From positions 19,282,001-19,346,000 of the forward strand of contig NC_086106.1 of assembly GCF_963921235.1 (NCBI RefSeq): a stretch of 64,000 nt of DNA, read 5' to 3'. The notes under the pieces are model-generated. The model was not told the DNA's origin. It ran no database searches and saw nothing but the letters and a program-made list of their open reading frames with translations. Of this stretch, positions 1-10,400 are shown in pieces. A program made the position numbers and the translations under genes. The DNA comes from Mobula hypostoma (taxonomy: Eukaryota). The number at the start of each line of letters is the position of its first letter. Position 1 is the stretch's first letter.

Positions 1-2285
1 TCTCGAAGCACTTCATAGCAATTGATGTCAGAGCCACAGGTTGATAGTCATTCAGGCATGCCACCTTGCTCTTCTTCGGCACTGGGATTATCGTTGCCTT
101 CTTAAAACACAAGGGGATGTTTGACTGAAGCAAGGAGCGGTTGAAGATGTCAGCAAACACTCCAGCTAGCTCGGTTGCACAGACCCGGAGAACCCGTCCT
201 GGGATGCCATCTGGGCCCGTCGCCTTCCTTGGATTTATCTTCAGGAAGGTCCTTCTAACGTCCTCCTCGGTGACGATGAATCTCGATGCCACCAGGTCCG
301 GTTCATCCGGAGGGAGCGGGACGCTCCTCTTCTGTTTGAATCTTGCGTAGAATACGTTAAGTTCGTCAGGAAGAGAAGCGCCACAGTTATTAATATTCCC
401 AGCCTTTTCTTTGCGCCCAGTGATCTCATTTAGACCCTGCCATAGTCTACTGGCATCCCTGTGGTTAGCCTGGGCTTCCAACTTGGTTCGATATTGCCTC
501 TTAGCACCTTTAATGGCTTTCTGGAGTTCACACCTGGATTCCGTGTAGCGACTGGTATCCCCGGACCTAAAAGCCACAGCTCTAGCCTTTAAAAGGGACT
601 TGAGCTCCTCATTCATCCAAGGTTTCCGGTTAGGGAATACCTGGATCGTCTTGCGAGACACACAGTCCTCCGTGCATTTCCAAATGAAGTCCGTGACAGC
701 TGAGGCATACTCATCGAGGTTAGCTGCAGAGTCCTTGAATACTAACCAGTCCACCGATTCAAAGCAGTCACAGAGGACCTCATCCGTTTCCTCCATCCAA
801 TGCGACACTACTTTTGACACCGTGACCTCCCGCTTCAATTTCTGTTTGTAAGCCGGGAGGAGGAGTATGGCCTGATGGTCCGATTTTCTGAAGTGAGGTC
901 GTGGGACGGAACGGTAGGCATCCTTGACCGCTGTACAGCAGTGTTCAAGTATATTCGGGCCTCTAGTGGTACAGGAGACATGCTGGGATAACTTTGGCAG
1001 CGCCTTTCTGAGATTGGCCTGGTTAAAGTCCCCGGCTGTAATGAGCAAAGCCTCCAGATACCTGGTCTCATGTTCACTGATGTTGGCATACAGTATGTTC
1101 AGAGCACACACCACGTCTGCCTGGGGGGTGGAATGTGGACCGCTGTCAGTATGACCGAGGTGAATTCCTGTGGCAGATAGTAGGGACGACAGTTCACCGA
1201 CAGGTGTTCCAGGTCCGGGCTGCAGGAGCTTGTCAGTGCCACTGTGTCCGATCACCACCCAGTGTTGATCAGTAGGCAGACACCACCTCCCCTCGTCTTG
1301 CCCGAAGACGCCGTGCGGTCCATCCGATGGACCGAAAATCCCTCCAGTCAGGTGGCACAGTCGGGGGTGGCGGGGAGAGCCAGGTCTCGGTGAAACAGAA
1401 TACACAGCAGTTCTGCATCTCCCTGCAGTAGGTGAATCTCCCTTTAAGATCATCCACCTTGTTCTCTCTGGCTTGCACATTAGCTAGCAGGATGGTGGGC
1501 ATAGGGACCCCGAAGCCCCTCAGCTTCAATCTGACCAGCAGCCCAGCTCTTTTCCCACGCTTCCTCGGTAAATAGTGCATCTTTCCAGGTTTCCATCAAT
1601 GCAGTGTGTTGTTGTCAGCTCTTTGAGATAGCTGGACGCATCCCACGGGGATTGATCAGCTGGTCGCGTCATTGGACAGTCCGGGTCGAGTCGAGTTGGG
1701 GAGACTCCGCTGCCACTTCCAGCTGCCGGGGGCCCGGGCTGTCGATTGGGTCGGACCCCGAAGCCAACACTTAATCCCGGATGGCCGGGCTCCTGGCTAA
1801 ACCAAGTCTGCAAACCGAGTCACAGTTGCGGAGGCCTCCACTCCAGCCGAGCCTCGGGCTCGATTTCCGAGGTTGGCGGTGGAGGTCTCATCTTCCAGCA
1901 GCTGTGGATGGCCACCAAGGGGGCTTTACGGTGGTCGCTCCGGGGAAGCGTCTGGGGCACCTTGAGGTCTCCGCTGTCACTTCTGTGTGGTCGTCTGCTC
2001 CGGAGAGGTGCTGGTCAGAATGGGCCCTGTCTCCAAGCACTCCGGCACGGTGGCAGACCGCGGGTCTCCGGGAACGTGGTCGGGTCCAGGTGCGATCCGG
2101 AGTTTAAGAAGCAGGTCTGGCGTTGTGGTCTCCAGCTGGGTCAGTAGCTTCGCCAGAGTGTTGTTGATCTTGATCGTGCTAAATTAGAATTTTAGAAGGG
2201 TTTCTCAGGTACAGGACAGTGGAGAGGGCAGTTTGCTCGGGAGAGCTCGCGCAAAGTTGCTAGTTACTGGCGCCATCTTCGACAA
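1..2285 (-). mobile_element. Rex1/Babar-type non-LTR retrotransposon (5' region, APE endonuclease and start of RT); cut by the window edge, disrupted
   Basis: Endonuclease-like ORF 1269-1580 (ILLANVQARENKVDDL...FCFTETWL). Near-identical over most of its length to the RT-bearing element at 19432-23140. Confidence 0.85.
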
Positions 2286-2319
2286 ACTGCACAGGACCGA
2301 AAGAAGGGTCGTAAATTTA

Positions 2320-2970
2320 GTTGGCTCCAACTTGGGTATGAGCCTACAAAGTACCCAGGACATCTTCAAGGAGTGGTTTCTCAGAAAGACAGCGTCTATT
2401 ATTAAGGACACCCAGCACACAGACCATTCCCTTTTGTCACTTTTACCATCAGGTGGGAGGTACAGAAGCCTGAAGGCTCACACTCAGCGATTCAGGAACA
2501 GCTCCTTCTCCTCTGCCATCTGATTCCTAAATGGACATTGAACCCTCGAACACTCCCTCACTTGTTTAATATATACTATTTCTGTTTTTGCATGATTTTT
2601 AATCTATTCAATATACATACACTGAAATTTATTTATTTATTATGACCCGGATCTGGGCCGTACCCTCCAAATATCTGGTCCTGCCTCTCGGTTTTTTTGC
2701 ACTACCTTACTTTCCATTTTCTATTTTCTATTTATGATTTATAATTTAAATTTTTAATATTTACTATCAATTTGTACTCCAGGGAGTGGGAAGTGCAGAA
2801 TCAAATATCGCTGTGATGATTGTGTGTTCTAGTATCAATTGTTTGGTGACAATAAAGTGTAAAGTATTTATTTTTTCTTTTATATTATGCATGGCATTGA
2901 ACTGCTGCTGCTAAGTCAATAAATTTCACGACACCTGCCGGTGATAATAAATCTGATTCTAATTCTGATT
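2320..2970 (+). mobile_element. 3' fragment of a Rex1/L2-like LINE ending in (TGATTC)n, with a nested 3' tail (about 2645-2865) of the 19432-23140 family
   Basis: ORF remnant LRKTASIIKDTQHTDHSLLSLLPSGGRYRSLK is typical of the C-terminus of this RT family. 2645-2865 is the reverse complement of about 19445-19700. Confidence 0.7.
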
Positions 2971-2974
2971 CTGG

Positions 2975-3560
2975 ATGTTGAACTGACCAATGAATCAATG
3001 GGATTGGGAGTAGTGACTGATACCGTTACAGTCCTCCCGATACTGGACGGTCTTAGTAGTCCTGATAGTTGCAGCCTGGGACATTCAATCGTGCCCACAG
3101 AACCTCGTCTCTGTCCTGCTGTCTGAGGAATCTCCTATCATCACTGCATTCCTCTTCACCTCTCTGCTTTTCTGCGCCCCATCACCAGAGCAGTGCCAGA
3201 GACCCAGTCACTCTGGCTCCCCACTGGCAGGTCAGCCCCCCAATAGTATCTGACGTTAAATACTTTTTATTGAGGGGAACAGCCAAGGGTGTTCTCTGCA
3301 GAAGCTGTCCATTTCCCCTTCTTCGCCTGACATTCACCCAGTTATTTGTCTTCCCCAACCTAAGGGTAACTACCTCCTTGTACCTCCTGTCAATCACCTC
3401 CTCATTCTCCCGTATGAGTTGAAGGTCATTGAGCTGCAGCTCCAATTCCTTAATACATTCCCTCAGTTGCTGCAACTCGGTGCACCTGGAGCAGATGTGT
3501 TCACCTGGGAGACTGGAGTCTCCCAGACTTCCCACATCCCACACAGAGTGCAAAACACTG
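2975..3560 (-). mobile_element. Composite fragment: CR1 ORF1 (zinc-finger region) joined to Gypsy internal sequence
   Basis: ORF 3182-3553 (HICSRCTELQQLRECIKELELQL) resembles CR1 ORF1 at 31066-31446. 2975-3085 matches about 34565-34680 and 3086-3240 matches about 35625-35760. Confidence 0.7.
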
Positions 3561-3954
3561 CCCCTGGAGCCATTCCTACTAAACTACTATGCCCTAATAG
3601 ATGAGGAATGAACTAATGGGAACAGAAAGAGAGAAACCTTATGGTCTTATGGAAGGTGGAGCAGGACTGAACAGAGAAAATTCATGAGACATAATCTCCC
3701 ACACACAGAGCCTTGCTCACTAATCCTAATCTACCCCAAGGCCATTTGGCCCATCGAGTCTTTCGCCATTTTATCATGGCTGATCCATTTTCCCTCTCAG
3801 CCCCAATTGTCTGTCTACTACCCATATCTCTTCATACCCTGATTAATCAAGAATTTATTAACCTCTACCTTGAATATAGATATAGAATATTACAGCACAG
3901 TACAGGCCTTTCAGCCCACAATGTTGTGCCGACCCTCAAACCCTGCCTCCCATA

Positions 3955-4651
3955 TGTAAGGGGGTTACGACTTTTATGTTACTGCAGAGGCTAATTAAAA
4001 TGGCGTCTTTGTTATGTTAATCTGGGGAATGCGGCTTTGTTGTGTTGAACGCTGAGAAAGTTTGCGCTAGCAGCTTGTTTTTTCTTTAGAGTGTGATAAG
4101 TAAGTGCTATTAACCAATTGGGATAGTTGTTATGGTTTTGGTGTATTTGAAGATACTATATGCGCGGGGTTTTGGAGCAGAAGGCGGGAGAGCGAGACAG
4201 AGGATGGACCAGGTGCTGTGAGTCCGCTAACGGGGTCGGACCTCGAGCGGGACGTTCGGCGAGGAGACGGAGACGGACTCGTGTGGAACGTCTGGTTGAC
4301 CACCGTTGTTGGTCCCAGGCGGCCGGTCGAGGTGGTCCGAGGGGGTCGCAGGGTGAAGAAGAAGGTCCTTGAGCTCCAACGGTTTTTGTGCACGAAGAGA
4401 TTGAACTTTGATAAGTGTGGCGCCTTTTATTTTCCTTTTATATTTTATTCTCTCTTAATTATATAGTTCCAGTAATATCTATAAACTGTAAATCATTTAA
4501 TTGCATCTGGTGTATTGTCTGTTATTTGGGCGGAGTGGGGTACCTCACACAGCATCCATATAAACGAATTATCCAGTTTGCCGGGGCCGAGGCTGTTTCC
4601 CAAGACGACAGCGAGCCGAGCGACCCTGAGGGTGGCCGAGGGGTGGCTACA
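3955..4651 (+). repeat. 5' LTR (697 bp)
   Basis: Direct repeat of 7349-8057 with TG...CA termini; roughly 25-30 differences by eye (about 4%). Confidence 0.95.
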
Positions 4652-4653
4652 TT

Positions 4654-5346
4654 GTGGGGGCTCGTCCGGGATGGAGTCTGCTGGTATGCTGTGTGGGTGC
4701 CCTGTTTAAATCTGTAATGTGTGTCTCTGTGGGTTATTTGCTGGTGATTGCTGTATGCGTTGTGGGTGCGGTCTTTGTTCGAGTTCAGGCTGGCATTGAC
4801 GAGTTGGACGTGGCATTCGGGGCTGTCCATGCGGTTGGGAGAGAGAGGAAAGAGTGGTCTGATTTGGAGGTAGGGTCTACGAATAAATGTTCTAGCTCTG
4901 GCAGGCTCCGCCTGGCACTTGGGATAGTGTCCACCCCAAGAGGGGCGGAGACTTGCGAGACGTGGGCGGAGCGGATCTCTCAGTTGTTAGATGAGTGGCA
5001 GTGCTTGGTTGAGGGAGAGCGACAGGGATTGGTTGAAAGTTTGAGTAGGCGGGCTGGTGACGGTGTTAGAGCTGTCAGGTTCACTTACACTGTAGTGACA
5101 GCTGTCAGTTATTTGAAAGAGGGGGGAAAGTTTTCAGTGTGTCTTCTCTGGCGAGGAGGGCGGTTAAATTGCTTGCAGTGCCAGGGGGATCATTTCAGTG
5201 GATCAGTTGTACAGCTGATCAGAGAGGTGTTGGGAAACTTAGTGGAGGCCCAGTGGGGGAATGGCTTGAGGTCTCTGGGGAAGCACGTTCCCAGCAATGT
5301 ACCAATGAACTTCCGAAAGGAAAAGACCCTATTCCTGAAGGCTTAG
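4654..5346 (+). pseudogene. Degenerate PNMA-like gag of the Gypsy element
   Basis: [16 protein letters not shown]...RQGLVESL...VRAVR resembles the PNMA/Gypsy capsid motif (W.EQA...CS..EK..RL.ESL.G.A...VRA). Confidence 0.65.
4655..4672 (+). other. Primer-binding site, tRNA-Pro
   Basis: TGGGGGCTCGTCCGGGAT, 3 nt after the 5' LTR; an exact 18-nt complement of the tRNA-Pro 3' end (same as the canonical MLV PBS). Confidence 0.95.
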
Positions 5347-5714
5347 AGGGGCCACGCCCCAGGGTGTCGCTATGGATAGAGGGAAGTGATGCTAAAGCTA
5401 TCCTCGACCCCGGGGCACAGATCAAGTTGTTGTACAGTTCGTTTTACAACCGGTGTCTGAAGCATTTATCCTTGACAACCGCAAGGGCACCGGAGACTTT
5501 GGGTACCAGTGGCAGTCGTTATCCAGAAGACGATGATTGGTTAATGACCCTGGAGTTCGTTGGGGCATTGTCTGGGCACCCAGCGTGTCGAGTTGCTTCT
5601 AAGGACGTGTGTAGCAGCCTTGAGCCAGTACCGAATTTGAACGAGACCCGGCGGTGGTACAGCTTGGGGAAAGTAGCTGAGGGTGAGACCCTCTTAGTAG
5701 ATGCTCCGAACTAG
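5139..5714 (+). pseudogene. Degenerate aspartic protease region of pol
   Basis: AKAILDPGAQIKLLY resembles the LLDTGAQV protease motif. Same frame as ORF 5730-6902, separated only by a TAG at 5712-5714. Confidence 0.7.
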
Positions 5715-5729
5715 CACGAGGGAGGGGAG

Positions 5730-6902
5730 TTGACCGCTGAAGACACCTCAGTGAGAGAGAGGTCGCGGCAACTGGACCCTAGTGGCGTGGAAGATGAAGG
5801 CAGCGTGTGTGTGGATTATGCGATGTGGTTTAATGTGCTGCATCTGAGGGGTGGATGTTGCCAGATCCTGAGGAGTGCGGCTGTTGAGCAGAAGATGGCC
5901 TTTACTAGTTCCCTAGGATTCTTCCGATCCGAAAAGATGCCCAAGGGCATATCCGGAGCCCCTGCATCTTTCCCGCGGGGCATGAGGAAGACCATGGGGG
6001 AAGTGAAGGTGTGTGGAGTTTTGACGTATGCGGATGACCGCCTAGAGCTTGGATTCGCCTGGGGGGACTATGAGGCGAGGCGAGTGGCTGAGCCCGGGCG
6101 ACTGAAGCGAAGTGTCAAATGTGGAGGAGTTTTTGACCGGAGGAGTTTGGTGCAATGTGAGGAAAATGACCCGACATACCAGTTGAACTTCCTGGTGTTG
6201 GGACAGACGGTGGTGGACCGGGGGATGGAAACCCAGGTCGCCAATCTGAATGAGACGCAGGGAAGAGAGGGGATTTGCACCGCACTGCGGTCATATACTG
6301 ATGAATTAATCCAGCAAGAAGAAACAATGACCCACCTTCGAAAGGATCAGCAGAAACTCAAGACGTCGATTCAGAACAGATTGGAAGACTTGCAAGTTGG
6401 GGAAGATCAAGGAAGTGTTCTGACTAAGATCAACAGAAAACCGAGAGCCCAGGGAGGGGAGTTTGACTACACTCCCGAGGAGGTGAAGAAATGGAGGACA
6501 GATCTCGGAAAAGGGAGGCGGACGCTTGAAAGGAACCTGAAGATGACTATCGCGAGTTTAAATGAAGTGGAAAAACTGAAAGTTGACCTGGAGGACGTCC
6601 TCAGGAAGAAACAACCGGAGGCTGAACATTCTTTATCTGCTGCTTTTCAGGTCAGGGAGGAAGAAGCTGGTGGGGTAACTGTGACCCAGATTGAGATGGC
6701 CAGGAACCCTGAGTCAGAACTGCGGAGGCTGTGGCGAGAGTTGAAGGAGTCCCCGAAGAAGCTGACGTCTCGACTGCAGGAGGCTGAAGGGGTAGCCCCG
6801 GCTAAATGTTTCAGTTTGGAGAAACTTAAACAGCAGCTACCGATCGAGGGAATGAGGAAGGGTACGATTCGAAGGATGATGTGCTGCACATGTGGAACAT
6901 GA
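5730..6902 (+). pseudogene. Chimeric 390-codon ORF: Gypsy RT fragment + RNase H fragment + myosin heavy-chain rod fragments
   Basis: RT motifs KMAF...MPKGISGAPASF...TYADD (YADD at 6027-6038); RNase H-like SLVQCEENDPTYQLNFLVLGQTVVDR; then from about 6222 a myosin II rod-like sequence. Confidence 0.85.
6222..6848 (+). other. Captured, intronless myosin class II heavy-chain rod segments (MYH16-like)
   Basis: Gapless correspondence over about 108 aa to the recalled myosin S2 rod (LEDLQVGEDQ vs LDDLQAEEDK; NLKMTIASLNEVEKLKVDLEDVLRKK vs MYH16-type DLKMTIDNLNEMERSKLDLEEVVKKR). Then EEAGGVTVTQIEM vs EEAGGATSAQIEM, and KKLTSRLQEAE...[13 protein letters not shown] vs KKLAQRLQDAE...AKCASLEKTKQRL. Confidence 0.85.
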
Positions 6903-7335
6903 TGCCTTTCGCTAACTTCCCCGTGATTGAGGAAGAGACCTTTGGCCCTTCTCCCACTGAGTCAGGTGTAGTGGGGAGGGCTAGCTGTGGGCAGTCTGAG
7001 TTACGGCAGGATCAGGAAGGAGGAGAGGCGGGGCCCCGGACATGGGACGGGGGGCTCCGAGCTGAGGTGGTGGCCTGAGTGAGAGAGGAGTTGGCAAGCA
7101 GGCCTGAGGTATCCCTAGTAGTGTCTGAGCCATTTGGGTTTAGGTGAGGGGGTACGGAGGTCTCGGAGGGTTAAGAAGCTCCCAGATAGGTTGGCCTATG
7201 TAGCGCCCCTGGGATGGGAGTAAGGTCCACTGTTTGGGGAGCACTGTCACTGTGTGTATTTGTGTATGTGTGTGTTGTGTGTCTGCAGGACTGGTTGGCG
7301 AGTTATTTAGAAGTCATGAGGACATGACTTTATTT

Positions 7336-7348
7336 GGTGGGGGGAGAG
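7336..7348 (+). other. Polypurine tract
   Basis: GGTGGGGGGAGAG immediately 5' of the 3' LTR. Confidence 0.85.
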
Positions 7349-8057
7349 TGTAAGGGGGTTTCGACTTTTATGTTACTGCGGAGGCTAATTAAAATGGCGT
7401 CTTTGTTATGTTAATCTGGGGAATGCGGCTTTGTTGTGTTAAACGCTGAGAAAGTTTGCGCTAGCAGCTTGTTTTTCCTTTAGAATGTGATAAGTAAGTG
7501 CTATTAACCAATTGGGATAGTTGTTATGGTTTTGGTGTATTTGAAGATACTGTATGCGCGGAGTTTTGGGGCAGACGGCGGGAGAGTGAGACAGAGGATG
7601 GACCAGGTGCTGTGATGTCCGTTAACGGGGTCGGACCCCGAGCGGGACGTTCGGCGAGGAGACGGAGACGGACTCGTGTGGAGCGTCCGGTCGACCACCG
7701 TTGTTGGTCCCAGGCGGCCGGTCGAGGTGGTCCGAGGGGGTCACAGGGTGAAGAAGAAGGTCCTTGAGCTCCAACGGTTTTTGTGCATGAAGAGATTGAA
7801 CTTTGATAATTGTGGCGCCTTTTATTTTCCTTTTATATTTTATTCTCTTTTAATTATATAGTTCCAGTAATATCTATAAACTGTAAATCATTTAATTGCA
7901 TCTGGTGTATTGTCTGTTATTCGGGCGGGGTGGGGTACCTCACACAGCATCCACACAAACGAATTACCCAGTTTGCTGAGGCCGAGGCTGTTTCCCAAGA
8001 CGACAGCGAGCCGAGCGACCCTGAGGGTGGCCGGGGGGGGGGGGGCGGGTGGCTACA
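7349..8057 (+). repeat. 3' LTR (709 bp)
   Basis: Direct repeat of 3955-4651 with an expanded G-run near its end. Confidence 0.95.
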
Positions 8058-8765
8058 CATAAAAGCCCCCACCTTAAATTCCTCTATATACTGTCCAGTA
8101 GTCTCTTAAACTTCACTAGTGTATCTGCCTCCACCACTGACTCAGGCAGTGCATTCCACGCACCAACCACTCTCTAAGTAAAAAACCTTCCTCTAATATC
8201 CCCCTTGAACTTCCCACCCCTTTAGCCATGTGCTCTTGTATTGAGCAGTGGTGCCCTGGGGAAGAGGCGCTGGCTATCCACTCTATCTATTCCTCTTATT
8301 ATCTTGTACACCTCTATCATGTCTCCTCTCATCCTCCTTCTCTCCAAAGAGTAAAGCCCTAGCTCCCTTAATCTCTGATCATAATGCATACTTTCTAAAC
8401 CAGGCAGCCTCCTGGTAAATCTCCTCTGTACCCTTTCCAATGCTTCCACATCCTTCCTATAGTGAGGTGACCAGAACTGGACACAGTACTCCAACTGTGG
8501 CCTAACCAGAGTTTTATAGAGCTGCATCATTACATCGCGACTCTTAAACTCTGTCCCTCGACTTATGAAAGCTGACACCCCATAAGCTTTCTTAACTACC
8601 CTATCCACCTGTGAGGCAACTTTCAGGGATCTGTGGACATGTACCCCGAGATCCCTCTGCTCCTCCACACTACCAAGTATCCTGCCATTTACTTTGTACT
8701 CTGCCTTGGAGTTTGTCCTTCCAAAGTGTACCACCTCACACTTCTCCGGGTTGAACTCCATCTGC
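8058..8765 (-). mobile_element. CR1/L2-type LINE 3' portion (its terminus continues at about 3880-3954, across the LTR element)
   Basis: ORF 8222-8806: WQMEFN..KCEVVHFGR...RPQLEYCVQFWSP...LERVQRRFTR, the standard CR1 RT C-terminus. Confidence 0.9.
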
Positions 8766-8769
8766 CGAG

Positions 8770-10400
8770 ACTTGGCCTCCACAGCTGCCTGTGGCAGTGA
8801 ATTCATCTTCTCAAATAAACCCCTATTTTCTGAGGCTGTATCATCTGGTCTTAGACTCTCCAGTCATGGGAAACATCCTCTCCACATCCACTCTTTACAT
8901 GGCTTTTCAACATTTGATCGGTTTCAATAAAGTCACCCTTCATTCTTCTGAATTCCAGTGAGCACGTGAAATGCTCTCCATGTGACAAGCCTTTCAATCC
9001 CAGAATCATTTTTGTGAATCTCCTTTGAACTCTCCACTATATCAGCACATTTTTTCTCAGATAAGGGGCCCAAGATTGCTCACAGTACTCTGTTAGGCCT
9101 CACCAGTGCTTTGTAAAGCCTCAACATTACATCCTTGCTTTTATCTTGTAGTCCTCTTCAGATGAATACTGACACCACTTTTGCATTCCTCACCACCCAC
9201 TCAACCGGCAAATTAACCTTTAGGGAAGCCCACACAATGACTCCCAAGTTCATTTGCTCCTCAGATTTTTGAATTTTCTGTCCATTTAGAAAATTGTCTG
9301 TCCTTTCATTTCTTCTACCAAAGTGCATGACTGTGCAATTCCGAACATTCTATTCCATCTGCCAGTTCATTGCCCATTCCACCAATCTGGCTTCGTCCTT
9401 CAGCAGCCTCTCTACTTCCTCAAAACTACCTGCCCTTCCACCCATCTTGTATCATGTGCAAACATTGCAACAAAGCCATCAATCCTGTCATCCAAGACTT
9501 TGACATTTTATGTTAAAGGGAGCAGTCCCACCACTAGTCATCGGCAGCCAAACAGAAAAGGCTCCCTTTATTCCCCTTCTTTGCCTCATGTCAATCAGCC
9601 ACTTTATCCATGCTAGTGTCTTTGCTGTAATATCTTGATCGCTTAACTTGTTAAGCAGCCTCATGTGCAGCAACTTGTCAGAGGCCTTCTGAAAATCCAA
9701 GTACACAATATCCACCAATTCTTCTTTGTCTATTCTACTTGATATTTCTTCAAAGAATTCCAACAGATTTCTAAGGCAAGGTGTTCCTTGAGAAAACCAT
9801 GCTGACTACAGCCTACTTTATCAAGTGCCTCCAAGTATCTGGAAACCACAACCTTAGCAATCAACTCCAACTTCTTCCCAACCCCTGAGGTCAGAATAAC
9901 TGGCATACAATTTCCTTTCTTCTGCCTCTTTCCTTCTTGAAAAGTGGAGTGACATTTGGAAATTTCCAGTCTTCCAGAATTATTCCAGAATCTATTGATT
10001 CGTGAAAGATCATTACTAATGCCTCCACAGTCTCTTCAGCCAAGTAACGGAAGCATCACCCACTCCTGCTCCCGACACTCTCGAAGTTCCACCATACTGC
10101 TCGTGCCTTCCACAGTGAAGACTGATGGAAAATATTTGTTCAGTTTGTCCATCATTTCCTTGTCTCCGATTACTACCTCTCCAGCATCATTTTCCAGTGG
10201 TCTGATATCCATTCTCGCCTCTCTTTTACACTTTATGTATCTGTAGAATCTTTTGGTATCCTCTTCAATATTATTGGCTAACTTACTTTTGTATTCGATG
10301 TTTTGCCTCTTTGTTTCTGTAAATTGCCTTCTGATATTTTTAAAATCTTCCCATTCTAATTTCTCACCAGTTTTTGCTCCATTATATTAGCTTCCTACCA
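8770..10400 (-). mobile_element. Degenerate CR1-type LINE ORF2 fragments
   Basis: ORF 9488-9763: VDIVYLDFQKASDK.LHMRLL.KL (RT domain). Confidence 0.8.

Larger units (their letters stand above)
3955..8057 (+). mobile_element. Non-autonomous Ty3/Gypsy LTR retrotransposon (4103 bp) with two LTRs, PBS, PPT and 4-bp TSD (CATA), inserted into a CR1 3' end
   Basis: LTRs start TGTAAG and end GGCTACA. CATA at 3951-3954 and 8058-8061. The flanks join up as one minus-strand CR1 3' end. Degenerate PNMA-like gag, protease, RT and RNase H fragments; no integrase seen. Confidence 0.95.

Noticed and set aside
6222-6848. A genuine host myosin gene or exon at this position
   Set aside because: It lies between two LTRs, is fused to RT/RNase H, has no splice sites, consists of discontinuous segments and has helix-breaking substitutions (Pro/Gly); it is cargo, not a resident gene.
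4654-6902. A-to-G (ADAR-type) hypermutation suggested by several apparent E/D-to-G and K-to-R changes
   Set aside because: Cannot be established without a nucleotide consensus, and other substitutions do not fit a single mutational type.
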